A DNA stretch of 64,000 nucleotides, from NCBI GenBank assembly GCA_964016885.1, contig CAXHJY010000096.1, positions 992,001-1,056,000 of the forward strand. Direction: 5' to 3'. Of the stretch, positions 26,541-40,200 are shown piece after piece. The notes beneath the pieces are model-generated. The model was not told the origin of the DNA, ran no database searches, and saw only the letters and a program-made list of their open reading frames with translations. The translations under genes were made by a program, and so were the position numbers. Numbering within the stretch: the stretch's first letter is position 1; the number at the start of each line of letters is the position of its first letter. The DNA is from Eledone cirrhosa (Eukaryota).

Positions 26541-29500
26541 GGGAGATAATTTGTAAAAAAATCAGGGGGAGATAATTTGTAAAAAAAATCAGGGGGAGAT
26601 AATTTGTAAAAAAATTCATGGGGAGATAATTTGTAAAAAAAAATCAGGGGTAGATAATTTGTAAAAAAAAATCAGGGGGAGATAATTTGTAAAAAAAAAT
26701 CAGGGGGAGATAATTTGTAAAAAAAATCAAGGGGAGATAATTTCCAGCCGTCCAAGGGGAGATAATTTTCAGCCGTCCAAGGAGAGGTAATTTCTAGCCG
26801 TCCAAGGGGAGATAATTTCCAGCCGTCCAAGGGGAGGTAATTTCCAGCCGTCCAAGGGGAGATAATTTTAAAAAAAAAATCAGGCGGAGATAATTTGTAA
26901 AAAAAATCAAGGGGAGATAATTTGCAGCCGTCCAAGGGGAGATAATTTTCAGTCGTCCAAGGAGAGGTAATTTCTAGCCGTCCAAGGGGAGATAATTGCC
27001 AGCCGTCCAAGGGGAGATAATTTCCAGCCGTCCAAGGGGAGATAATTTTTTTTAAAAAATCAGGCGGAGATAATTTGTAAAAAAAATCAGGGGGAGATAA
27101 TTTGTAAACAAAATCAGGGGGAGATAATTTGTAAAAAAAAATCAGGGGGAGATAATTTGTAAAAAAAATCATGGAGAGATAATTTCCAGCCGTCCAAGGT
27201 GAGATAATTTCCAGCCGTCCAAGGAGACATATTTTCCAGCCGTCCAAGGCGAGGTAATTTCTAGCCGTCCAAGGGGAGATAAATTCCAGCCTCCAAGGGG
27301 AGATAATTTCCAGCCAGCCAAGTGGAGATAATTTGTAAAAAAATCAGGGGGAGATAATTTGTAAAAAATATCAGGGAGATAATTTGTAAAAAAAAATCAG
27401 GGGGAGATAATTTGTAAAAAAAATCAGGGGGAGATAATTTGTAAAAAAAAATCAGGGGGAGATAATTTGTAAAAAAAATCAAGGGGAGATAATTTCCAGC
27501 CGTCCAAGGGGAGATAATTTTCAGCCGTCCAAGGGGAGATAATTTCCCGCCAGCCAAGGGAAGATAATATTTAAAAAAATCAGGCGGAGATTGTAAAAAA
27601 AATCAGGGGGGAGATAATTTGTAAAAAAAATCAGGGGGAGATAATTTGTAAAAAAATCAGGGGGAGATAATTTGTAAAAAAAAAATCAGGGGGAGATAAT
27701 TTGTAAAAAAAATCAGGGGGAGATAATTTGTAAAAAAAAATCAGGGGTAGATAATTTGTAAACAAAAATCAGGGGGAGATAATTTGTAAAAAAAAATCAG
27801 GGGGAGATAATTTGTAAAAAAAATGAAAGGGGAGATAATATCCAGCCGTCCAAGGGGAGATAATTTCCAGCCGTCCAAGGGGATATAATTTCCAGCCGTC
27901 CAAGGGGAGATAATTTCCATCCTTCCAAGGGGATATAATTTCCAGCCGTCCAAGGGGAGATAATTTCCCGCCAGCCAAGGGAAGATAATTTTTAAAAAAA
28001 TCAGGCGGAGATTGTAAAAAAAATCAGGGGGGAGATAATTTGTAAAAAAATCAGGGGGAGATAATTTGTAAAAAATAATCAGGGGGAGATAATTTGTAAA
28101 AAAATTCAAGGGGAGATAATTTCCAGCCGTCCAAGGGGAGATAATTTCCCGCCAGCCAAGGGAAGATAATATTTAAAAAAATTAGGCGGAGATAATTTGT
28201 AAAAAAAATCAGGGGGAGATAATTTGTAAAAAAATCAGGGGGAGATAATTTGTAAAAAAAATCAGGGGGAGATAATTTGTAAAAAAAATCATGGGGAGAT
28301 AATTTGTAAAAAAAAATCAGGGGTAGATAATTTGTAAAAAAAAATCAGGGGGAGATAATTTGTAAAAAAAAATCAGGGGGAGATAATTTGTAAAAAAAAT
28401 CAAGGGGAGATAATATCCAGCCGTCCAAGGAGAGATAATTTAAAAAAAAAATGAGGCGGAGATAATTTGTAAAAAAAAAATCAGGGGGAGTTAATTTGTA
28501 AAAAAAAATGAGGGGGAGATAATTTGTAAAAAAAATCAAGGGGAGATAATTTCCAGCCGTCCAAGGGGAGATAATTTTCAGCCGTCCAAGGAGAGGTAAT
28601 TTCTAGCCGTCCAAGGGGAGATAATTTCCAGCCGTCCAAGGGGAGGTAATTTCCAGCCGTCCAAGGGGAGATAATTTTTAAAAAAAAATCAGGCGGAGAT
28701 AATTTGTAAAAAAAATCAAGGGGAGATAATTTGCAGCCGTCCAAGGGGAGATAATTTTCAGTCGTCCAAGGAGAGGTAATTTCTAGCCGTCCAAGGGGAG
28801 ATAATTTCCAGCCGTCCAAGGGGAGATAATTTCCAGCCGTCCAAGGGGAGATAATTTTTTTTTAAAAATCAGGCGGAGATAATTTGTAAAAAAAATCAGG
28901 GGGAGATAATTTGTAAACAAAATCAGGGGGAGATAATTTGTAAAAAAAAATCAGGGGGAGATAATTTGTAAAAAAAATTAGGCGTAGATAATTTGTAAAA
29001 AAAAATCAGGGGGAGATAATTTGTAAAAAAAAATCAGGGGGAGATAATTTGTTTAAAAAATCAAGGGGAGATAATTTGCAGCCGTCCAAGGGGAGATAAT
29101 TTTCAGCCGTCCAAGGAGAGGTAATTTCTAGCCGTTCAAGGGGAGATAATTTCCAGCCGTCCAAGGGGAGATAATTTCCAGCCGTCCAAGGGGAGATAAT
29201 TTTTTTTAAAAAATCAGGCGGAGATAATTTGTAAAAAAAAATCAGGGGGAGATAATTCGTAAAAAAAAATCAGGGGGAGTTAATTTGTAAAAAAAAATCA
29301 GGGGGAGATAATTTGTAAAAAAAATCAAGGGGAGATAATTTCCAGCCGTCCAAGGGGAGGTAATATCTAGCCGTCCAAGGGGAGATAATTTCCAGCCGTC
29401 CAAGGGGAGATAATTTCCAGCCGTCCAAGGGGAGATAATTTCCAGCCGTCCAAGGAGACATATTTTCCAGCCGTCCAAGGCGAGGTAATTTCTAGCCGTC

Positions 29501-32500
29501 CAAGGGGAGATTAATTCCAGCCTCCAAGGGGAGATAATTTCCAGCCAGCCAAGGGGAGATAATTTGTAAAAAAATCAGGGGGAGATAATTTGTAAAAAAT
29601 ATCAGGGAGATAATTTGTAAAAAAAAATCAGGGGGAGATAATTTGTAAAAAAAATCAGGGGGAGATAATTTGTAAAAAAAAATCAGGGGGAGATAATTTG
29701 TAAAAAAAATCAAGGGGAGATAATTTCCAGCCGTCCAAGGGGAGATAATTTTCAGCCGTCCAAGGAGAGGTAATTTCTAACCGTCCGAGGAGAGATAATT
29801 TCCAGCCGTCCAAGGGGAGATAATTTCCAGCCGTCCAAGGAGACATATTTTCCAGCCGTCCAAGGAGAGGTAATTTCTAGCCGTCCAAGGGGAGATAAAT
29901 TCCAGCCTCCAAGGGGAGATAATTTCCAGCCAGCCAAGGGGAGATAATTTGTAAAAAAATCAGGGGGAGATAATTTGCAAAAAAAATCAGGGGGAGATAA
30001 TTTGTAAAAAAAATCAGGGGGAGATAATTTGTAAAAAATAATCAGGGGGAGATAATTTCCAGCCGTCCAAGGGAAGATAATTTCCAGCCCTCCAAGGGGC
30101 TATAATTTCCAGTGTCCAAGGGGAGATAATTTCCAGCCAGAGAAGGGGAGATAATTTTTTTTAAAAAATCATTGGGAGATTTGTAAAAAAAATCAGGGGG
30201 AGATAATTTGCAAAAAAAATCAGGGGGAGATAATTTGTAAAAAAAAATCAGGGGGAGATAATTTGTAAAAAAAATCAAGGGGAGATAATTTCCAGCCGTC
30301 CAAGGAGATTATAATTTTAAAAAAAATCAGGCGGAGATAATTTGTAAAAAAAAATCAGGGGGAGATAATTTGTAAAAAAAAATCAGGGGGAGATAATTTG
30401 TAAAAAAAAATCAGGGGGAGATAATTTGTAAAAAAAATCAGGAGGAGATAATTTGTAAAAAAAATCAAGGGGAGATAATTTCCAGCCGTCCAAGGAGAGA
30501 TAATTTAAAAAAAAATCAGGCGGAGATAATTTGTAAAAAAAAATCAGGGGGAGATAATTTGTAAAAAAATCAGGGGGAGATAATTTGTAAAAAAAATCAG
30601 GGGGAGATAATTTGTAAAAAAATTCATGGGGAGATAATTTGTAAAAAAAAATCAGGGGTAGATAATTTGTAAAAAAAAATCAGGGGGAGATAATTTGTAA
30701 AAAAAAATCAGGGGGAGATAATTTGTAAAAAAAATCAAGGGGAGATAATTTCCAGCCGTCCAAGGGGAGATAATTTTCAGCCGTCCAAGGAGAGGTAATT
30801 TCTAGCCGTCCAAGGGGAGATAATTTCCAGCCGTCCAAGGGGAGGTAATTTCCAGCCGTCCAAGGGGAGATAATTTTAAAAAAAAAATCAGGCGGAGATA
30901 ATTTGTAAAAAAAATCAAGGGGAGATAATTTGCAGCCGTCCAAGGGGAGATAATTTTCAGTCGTCCAAGGAGAGGTAATTTCTAGCCGTCCAAGGGGAGA
31001 TAATTGCCAGCCGTCCAAGGGGAGATAATTTCCAGCCGTCCAAGGGGAGATAATTTTTTTTAAAAAATCAGGCGGAGATAATTTGTAAAAAAAATCAGGG
31101 GGAGATAATTTGTAAACAAAATCAGGGGGAGATAATTTGTAAAAAAAAATCAGGGGGAGATAATTTGTAAAAAAAATCATGGAGAGATAATTTCCAGCCG
31201 TCCAAGGTGAGATAATTTCCAGCCGTCCAAGGAGACATATTTTCCAGCCGTCCAAGGCGAGGTAATTTCTAGCCGTCCAAGGGGAGATAAATTCCAGCCT
31301 CCAAGGGGAGATAATTTCCAGCCAGCCAAGTGGAGATAATTTGTAAAAAAATCAGGGGGAGATAATTTGTAAAAAATATCAGGGAGATAATTTGTAAAAA
31401 AAAATCAGGGGGAGATAATTTGTAAAAAAAATCAGGGGGAGATAATTTGTAAAAAAAAATCAGGGGGAGATAATTTGTAAAAAAAATCAAGGGGAGATAA
31501 TTTCCAGCCGTCCAAGGGGAGATAATTTTCAGCCGTCCAAGGGGAGATAATTTCCCGCCAGCCAAGGGAAGATAATATTTAAAAAAATCAGGCGGAGATA
31601 ATTTGTAAAAAAAATCAGGGGGAGATAATTTGTAAAAAAATCAGGGGGAGATAATTTGTAAAAAAAAAATCAGGGGGAGATAATTTGTAAAAAAAATCAG
31701 GGGGAGATAATTTGTAAAAAAAAATCAGGGGTAGATAATTTGTAAACAAAAATCAGGGGGAGATAATTTGTAAAAAAAAATCAGGGGGAGATAATTTGTA
31801 AAAAAAATGAAAGGGGAGATAATATCCAGCCGTCCAAGGGGAGATAATTTCCAGCCGTCCAAGGGGATATAATTTCCAGCCGTCCAAGGGGAGATAATTT
31901 CCATCCTTCCAAGGGGATATAATTTCCAGCCGTCCAAGGGGAGATAATTTCCCGCCAGCCAAGGGAAGATAATTTTTAAAAAAATCAGGCGGAGATTGTA
32001 AAAAAAATCAGGGGGGAGATAATTTGTAAAAAAATCAGGGGGAGATAATTTGTAAAAAATAATCAGGGGGAGATAATTTGTAAAAAAATTCAAGGGGAGA
32101 TAATTTCCAGCCGTCCAAGGGGAGATAATTTCCCGCCAGCCAAGGGAAGATAATATTTAAAAAAATTAGGCGGAGATAATTTGTAAAAAAAATCAGGGGG
32201 AGATAATTTGTAAAAAAATCAGGGGGAGATAATTTGTAAAAAAAATCAGGGGGAGATAATTTGTAAAAAAAATCATGGGGAGATAATTTGTAAAAAAAAA
32301 TCAGGGGTAGATAATTTGTAAAAAAAAATCAGGGGGAGATAATTTGTAAAAAAAAATCAGGGGGAGATAATTTGTAAAAAAAATCAAGGGGAGATAATAT
32401 CCAGCCGTCCAAGGAGAGATAATTTAAAAAAAAAATGAGGCGGAGATAATTTGTAAAAAAAAAATCAGGGGGAGTTAATTTGTAAAAAAAAATGAGGGGG

Positions 32501-34238
32501 AGATAATTTGTAAAAAAAATCAAGGGGAGATAATTTCCAGCCGTCCAAGGGGAGATAATTTTCAGCCGTCCAAGGAGAGGTAATTTCTAGCCGTCCAAGG
32601 GGAGATAATTTCCAGCCGTCCAAGGGGAGGTAATTTCCAGCCGTCCAAGGGGAGATAATTTTTAAAAAAAAATCAGGCGGAGATAATTTGTAAAAAAAAT
32701 CAAGGGGAGATAATTTGCAGCCGTCCAAGGGGAGATAATTTTCAGTCGTCCAAGGAGAGGTAATTTCTAGCCGTCCAAGGGGAGATAATTTCCAGCCGTC
32801 CAAGGGGAGATAATTTCCAGCCGTCCAAGGGGAGATAATTTTTTTTTAAAAATCAGGCGGAGATAATTTGTAAAAAAAATCAGGGGGAGATAATTTGTAA
32901 ACAAAATCAGGGGGAGATAATTTGTAAAAAAAAATCAGGGGGAGATAATTTGTAAAAAAAATTAGGCGTAGATAATTTGTAAAAAAAAATCAGGGGGAGA
33001 TAATTTGTAAAAAAAAATCAGGGGGAGATAATTTGTTTAAAAAATCAAGGGGAGATAATTTGCAGCCGTCCAAGGGGAGATAATTTTCAGCCGTCCAAGG
33101 AGAGGTAATTTCTAGCCGTTCAAGGGGAGATAATTTCCAGCCGTCCAAGGGGAGATAATTTCCAGCCGTCCAAGGGGAGATAATTTTTTTTAAAAAATCA
33201 GGCGGAGATAATTTGTAAAAAAAAATCAGGGGGAGATAATTCGTAAAAAAAAATCAGGGGGAGTTAATTTGTAAAAAAAAATCAGGGGGAGATAATTTGT
33301 AAAAAAAATCAAGGGGAGATAATTTCCAGCCGTCCAAGGGGAGGTAATATCTAGCCGTCCAAGGGGAGATAATTTCCAGCCGTCCAAGGGGAGATAATTT
33401 CCAGCCGTCCAAGGGGAGATAATTTCCAGCCGTCCAAGGAGACATATTTTCCAGCCGTCCAAGGCGAGGTAATTTCTAGCCGTCCAAGGGGAGATTAATT
33501 CCAGCCTCCAAGGGGAGATAATTTCCAGCCAGCCAAGGGGAGATAATTTGTAAAAAAATCAGGGGGAGATAATTTGTAAAAAATATCAGGGAGATAATTT
33601 GTAAAAAAAAATCAGGGGGAGATAATTTGTAAAAAAAATCAGGGGGAGATAATTTGTAAAAAAAAATCAGGGGGAGATAATTTGTAAAAAAAATCAAGGG
33701 GAGATAATTTCCAGCCGTCCAAGGGGAGATAATTTTCAGCCGTCCAAGGAGAGGTAATTTCTAACCGTCCGAGGAGAGATAATTTCCAGCCGTCCAAGGG
33801 GAGATAATTTCCAGCCGTCCAAGGAGACATATTTTCCAGCCGTCCAAGGAGAGGTAATTTCTAGCCGTCCAAGGGGAGATAAATTCCAGCCTCCAAGGGG
33901 AGATAATTTCCAGCCAGCCAAGGGGAGATAATTTGTAAAAAAATCAGGGGGAGATAATTTGCAAAAAAAATCAGGGGGAGATAATTTGTAAAAAAAATCA
34001 GGGGGAGATAATTTGTAAAAAATAATCAGGGGGAGATAATTTCCAGCCGTCCAAGGGAAGATAATTTCCAGCCCTCCAAGGGGCTATAATTTCCAGTGTC
34101 CAAGGGGAGATAATTTCCAGCCAGAGAAGGGGAGATAATTTTTTTTAAAAAATCATTGGGAGATTTGTAAAAAAAATCAGGGGGAGATAATTTGCAAAAA
34201 AAATCAGGGGGAGATAATTTGTAAAAAAAAATCAGGGG
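26200..34238. repeat. Tandem duplication of a ~4.0-kb unit (offset 4008, then 3984)
   Basis: The rare variant GGAGATTATAATTTT lies at 26296 and 30304. ORF pairs 26672/30680 and 27261/31269 differ by 4008; 27741/31725, 28345/32329 and 29752/33736 differ by 3984, after an extra short monomer near 27585. Confidence 0.9.
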
Positions 34239-37200
34239 TAGATAATTTGTAAAAAAAAATCAGGGGGAGATAATTTGTAAAAAAAAATCAGGGGGAGATA
34301 ATTTGTAAAAAAAATCAAGGGGAGATAATTTCCAGCCGTCCAAGGAGAGATAATTTTAAAAAAAATCAGGCGGAGATAATTTGTAAAAAAAAATCAGGGG
34401 GAGATAATTTGTAAAAAAAATCAGGGGGAGATAATTTGTAAAAAAAAATCAGGGGTAGATAATTTGTAAAAAAAAATCAGGGGGAGATAATTTGTAAAAA
34501 AAAATCAGGGGGAGATAATTTGTAAAAAAAATCAAGGGGAGATAATTTCCAGCCGTCCAAGGAGAGATAATTTTAAAAAAAATCAGGCGGAGATAATTTG
34601 TAAAAAAAAATTAGGGGGAGATAATTTGTAAAAAAAAATCAGGGGGAGATAATTTGTAAAAAAAATCAAGGGGAGATAATTTCCAGCCGTCCAAGGGGAG
34701 ATAATTTTCAGCCGTCCAAGGGGAGATAATTTCCCGCCAGCCAAGGGAAGATAATATTCAAAAAAATCAGGCGGAGATAATTTGTAAAAAAAATCAGGGG
34801 GAGATAATTTGTAAAAAAATCAGGGGGAGATAATTTGTAAAAAAAAAAATCAGGGGGAGATAATTTGTAAAAAAAATCAGGGGGAGATAATTTGTAAAAA
34901 AAAATCAGGGGTAGATAATTTGTAAAAAAAAATCAGGGGGAGATAATTTGTAAAAAAAAATCAGGGGCAGATAATTTGTAAAAAAAATGAAAGGGGAGAT
35001 AATATCCAGCCGTCCAAGGGGAGATAATTTCCAGCCGTCCAAGGGGAGATAATTTCCAGCCGTCCAAGGGGAGAAAATTTCCATCCTTCCAAGGGGATAT
35101 AATTTCCAGCCGGCCAAGGGGAGATAATTTCCATCCTTCCAAGGGGATATAATTTCCAGCCGTCCAAGGGGAGATAATTTTCAGCCGTCCAAGGAGAGGT
35201 AATTTCTAGCCGTCCAAGGAGAGATAATTTCCAGCCGTCCAAGGGGAGATAATTTCCAGCCGTCCAAGGGGAGATAATTTCCAGCCGTCCAAGGAGACAT
35301 ATTTTCCAGCCGTCCAAGGAGAGGTAATTCCTAGCCGTCCAAGGGGAGATAAATTCCAGCCTCCAAGGGGAGATAATTTCCAGCCAGCCAAGGGGAGATA
35401 ATTTGTAAAAAAAATCAGGGGGAGATAATTTCTAAAAAAAATCAGGGGGAGATAATTTGTAAAAAAAAATCAGGGGGAGATAATTTGTAAAAAATAATCA
35501 GGGGGAGATAATTTGTAAAAAAAATCAAGGGGAGATAATTTCCAGCCGTCCAAGGGGAGATAATTTTCAGCCGTCCAAGGGGAGATAATTTCCCACCAGC
35601 CAAGGGAAGATAATATTTAAAAAAATTATGCGGAGATAATTTGTAAAAAAAATCAGGGGGAGATAATTTGTAAAAAAATCAGGGGGAGATAATTTGTAAA
35701 AAAAATCAGGGGGAGATAATTTGTAAAAAAAATCAGGGGGAGATAATTTGTAAAAAAAAATCAGGGGTAGATAATTTGTAAAAAAAATCAGGGGGAGATA
35801 ATTTGTAAAAAAAAATCAGGGGGAGATAATTTGTAAAAAAAATCAAGGGGAGATAATTTCCAGCCGTCCAAGGAGAGATAATTTTAAAAAAAATCAGGCG
35901 GAGATAATTTGTAAAAAAAAATCAGGGGGAGATAATTTGTAAAAAAAAATCAGGGGGAGATAATTTGTAAAAAAAATCAAGGGGAGATAATTTCCAGCCG
36001 TCCAAGGGGAGATAATTTTCAGCCGTCCAAGGGGAGATAATTTCCCGCCAGCCAAGGGAAGATAATATTCAAAAAAATCAGGCGGAGATAATTTGTAAAA
36101 AAAATCAGGGGGAGATAATTTGTAAAAAAATCAGGGGGAGATAATTTGTAAAAAAAAAAATCAGGGGGAGATAATTTGTAAAAAAAATCAGGGGGAGATA
36201 ATTTGTAAAAAAAAATCAGGGGTAGATAATTTGTAAAAAAAAATCAGGGGGAGATAATTTGTAAAAAAAAATCAGGGGGAGATAATTTGTAAAAAAAATG
36301 AAAGGGGAGATAATATCCAGCCGTCCAAGGGGAGATAATTTCCAGCCGTCCAAGGAGAGATAATTTCCAGCCGTCCAAGGGGAGATAATTTCCATCCTTC
36401 CAAGGGGATATAATTTCCAGCCGTCCAAGGGGAGATAATTTCCATCCTTCCAAGGGGATATAATTTCCAGCCGTCCAAGGGGAGATAATTTTCAGCCGTC
36501 CAAGGAGAGGTAATTTCTAGCCGTCCAAGGAGAGATAATTTCCAGCCGTCCAAGGGGAGATAATTTCCAGCCGTCCAAGGGGAGATAATTTCCAGCCGTC
36601 CAAGGAGACATATTTTCCAGCCGTCCAAGGAGAGGTAATTCCTAGCCGTCCAAGGGGAGATAAATTCCAGCCTCCAAGGGGAGATAATTTCCAGCCAGCC
36701 AAGGGGAGATAATTTGTAAAAAAAATCAGGGGGAGATAATTTGTAAAAAAAATCAGGGGGAGATAATTTGTAAAAAAAAATCAGGGGGAGATAATTTGTA
36801 AAAAAAATCAAGGGGAGATAATTTCCAGCCGTCCAAGGGGAGATAATTTTCAGCCGTCCAAGGGGAGATAATTTCCCGCCAGCCAAGGGAAGATAATATT
36901 CAAAAAAATCAGGCGGAGATAATTTGTAAAAAAAATCAGGGGGAGATAATTTGTAAAAAAATCAGGGGGAGATAATTTGTAAAAAAAAAAATCAGGGGGA
37001 GATAATTTGTAAAAAAAATCAGGGGTAGATAATTTGTAAAAAAAAATCAGGGGGAGATAATTTGTAAAAAAAAATCAGGGGGAGATAATTTGTAAAAAAA
37101 ATGAAAGGGGAGATAATATCCAGCCGTCCAAGGGGAGATAATTTCCAGCCGTCCAAGGGGAGATAATTTCCAGCCGTCCAAGGGGAGATAATTTCCATCC

Positions 37201-40200
37201 TTCCAAGGGGATATAATTTCCAGCCGTCCAAGGGGAGATAATTTCCATCCTTCCAAGGGGATATAATTTCCAGCCGTCCAAGGGGAGATAATTTTCAGCC
37301 GTCCAAGGAGAGGTAATTTCTAGCCGTCCAAGGAGAGATAATTTCCAGCCGTCCAAGGGGAGATAATTTCCAGCCGTCCAAGGGGAGATAATTTCCAGCC
37401 GTCCAAGGAGACATATTTTCCAGCCGTCCAAGGAGAGGTAATTCCTAGCCGTCCAAGGGGAGATAAATTCCAGCCTCCAAGGGGAGATAATTTCCAGCCA
37501 GCCAAGGGGAGATAATTTGTAAAAAAAATCAGGGGGAGATAATTTGTAAAAAAATCAGGGGGAGATAATTTGTAAAAAAAATCAGGGGGAGATAATTTGT
37601 AAAAAAAATCAGGGGGAGATAATTTGTAAAAAAAAATCAGGGGTAGATAATTTGTAAAAAAAATTCAGGGGGAGATAATTTGTAAAAAAATCAAGGGGAG
37701 ATAATTTCCAGCCGTCCAAGGGAAGATAATTTCCAGCCCTCCAAGGGGCTATAATTTCCAGCGTCCAAGGGGAGATAATTTCCAGCCAGCGAAGGGGAGA
37801 TAATTTTTTTAAAAAAATCATTGGGAGATTTGTAAAAAAAATCAGGGGGAGATAATTTGTAAAAAAAATCAAGGGGAGATAATTTCCAGCCGTCCAAGGG
37901 GAGGTAATATCTAGCCGTCCAAGGGTAGATAATTTCCAGCCGTCCAACGGGAGATAATTTCCAGCCGTCCAAGGGTAGATAATATCCAGCCGCCCAAGGA
38001 CATATTTTCCAGCCGTCCAAGGAGAGGTAATTTCTAGCCGTCCAAGGGGAGATAATTTCCAGCCGTCCAAGGGTAGATAATATCCAGCCGTCCAAGGACA
38101 TATTTTCCAGCCGTCCAAGGAGAGGTAATTTCTAGCCGTCCAAGGGGAGATAAATTCCAGCCTCCAAGGGGAGATAATTTCCAGCCAGCCAAGGGGAGAT
38201 AATTTGTAAAAAAATCAGGGGGAGATAATTTGTAAAAAAAATCAGGGGGAGATAATTTGTAAAAAAAAATCAGGGGGAGATAATTTGTAAAAAAAAATCA
38301 GGGGGAGATAATTTGCAAAAAAAATCAGGGGGAGATAATTTGTAAAAAAAAATCAGGGGTAGATAATTTGTAAAAAAAAATCAGGGGGAGATAATTTGTA
38401 AAAAAAAATCAGGGGGAGATAATTTGTAAAAAAAATCAAGGGGAGATAATTTCCAGCCGTCCAAGGAGAGATAATTTTAAAAAAAATCAGGCGGAGATAA
38501 TTTGTAAAAAAAAATCAGGGGGAGATAATTTGTAAAAAAAAATCAGGGGGAGATAATTTGTAAAAAAAAATCAGGGGGAGATAATTTGTAAAAAAAATCA
38601 GGAGGAGATAATTTGTAAAAAAAATCAAGGGGAGATAATTTCCAGCCGTCCAAGGAGAGATAATTTAAAAAAAAATCAGGCGGAGATAATTTGTAAAAAA
38701 AAATCAGGGGGAGATAATTTGTAAAAAAAAATCAGGGGGAGATAATTTGTAAAAAAAATCAAGGGGAGATAATTTCCAGCCGTCCAAGGGGAGATAATTT
38801 TCAGCCGTCCAAGGAGAGGTAATTTCTAACCGTCCGAGGAGAGATAATTTCCAGCCGTCCAAGGGGAGATAATTTCCAGCCGTCCAAGGGGAGATAATTT
38901 CCAGCCGTCCAAGGAGACATATTTTCCAGCCGTCCAAGGAGAGGTAATTTCTAGCCGTCCAAGGGGAGATAAATTCCAGCCTCCAAGGGGAGATAATTTC
39001 CAGCCAGCCAAGGGGAGATAATTTGTAAAAAAATCAGGGGGAGATAATTTGCAAAAAAAATCAGGGGGAGATAATTTGTAAAAAAAATCAGGGGGAGATA
39101 ATTTGTAAAAAATAATCAGGGGGAGATAATTTCCAGCCGTCCAAGGGAAGATAATTTCCAGCCCTCCAAGGGGCTATAATTTCCAGTGTCCAAGGGGAGA
39201 TAATTTCCAGCCAGCGAAGGGGAGATAATTTTTTTAAAAAAATCATTGGGAGATTTGTAAAAAAAATCAGGGGGAGATAATTTGTAAAAAAAATCAAGGG
39301 GAGATAATTTCCAGCCGTCCAAGGGGAGGTAATATCTAGCCGTCCAAGGGGAGATAATTTCCAGCCGTCCAAGGGGAGATAATTTCCAGCCGTCCAAGGG
39401 TAGATAATATCCAGCCGCCCAAGGACATATTTTCCAGCCGTCCAAGGAGAGGTAATTTCTAGCCGTCCAAGGGGAGATAAATTCCAGCCTCCAAGGGGAG
39501 ATAATTTCCAGCCAGCCAAGGGGAGATAATTTGTAAAAAAATCAGGGGGAGATAATTTGTAAAAAAAATCAGGGGGAGATAATTTGTAAAAAAAAATCAG
39601 GGGGAGATAATTTGTAAAAAAAAATCAGGGGGAGATAATTTGCAAAAAAAATCAGGGGGAGATAATTTGTAAAAAAAAATCAGGGGTAGATAATTTGTAA
39701 AAAAAAATCAGGGGGAGATAATTTGTAAAAAAAAATCAGGGGGAGATAATTTGTAAAAAAAATCAAGGGGAGATAATTTGTAAAAAAAATCAAGGGGAGA
39801 TAATTTCCAGCCGTCCAAGGGGAGGTAATATCTAGCCGTCCAAGGGGAGATAATTTCCAGCCGTCCAAGGGGAGATAATTTCCAGCCGTCCAAGGGTAGA
39901 TAATATCCAGCCGCCCAAGGACATATTTTCCAGCCGTCCAAGGAGAGGTAATTTCTAGCCGTCCAAGGGGAGATAAATTCCAGCCTCCAAGGGGAGATAA
40001 TTTCCAGCCAGCCAAGGGGAGATAATTTGTAAAAAAATCAGGGGGAGATAATTTGTAAAAAAAATCAGGGGGAGATAATTTGTAAAAAAAAATCAGGGGG
40101 AGATAATTTGTAAAAAAAAATCAGGGGGAGATAATTTGCAAAAAAAATCAGGGGGAGATAATTTGTAAAAAAAAATCAGGGGTAGATAATTTGTAAAAAA

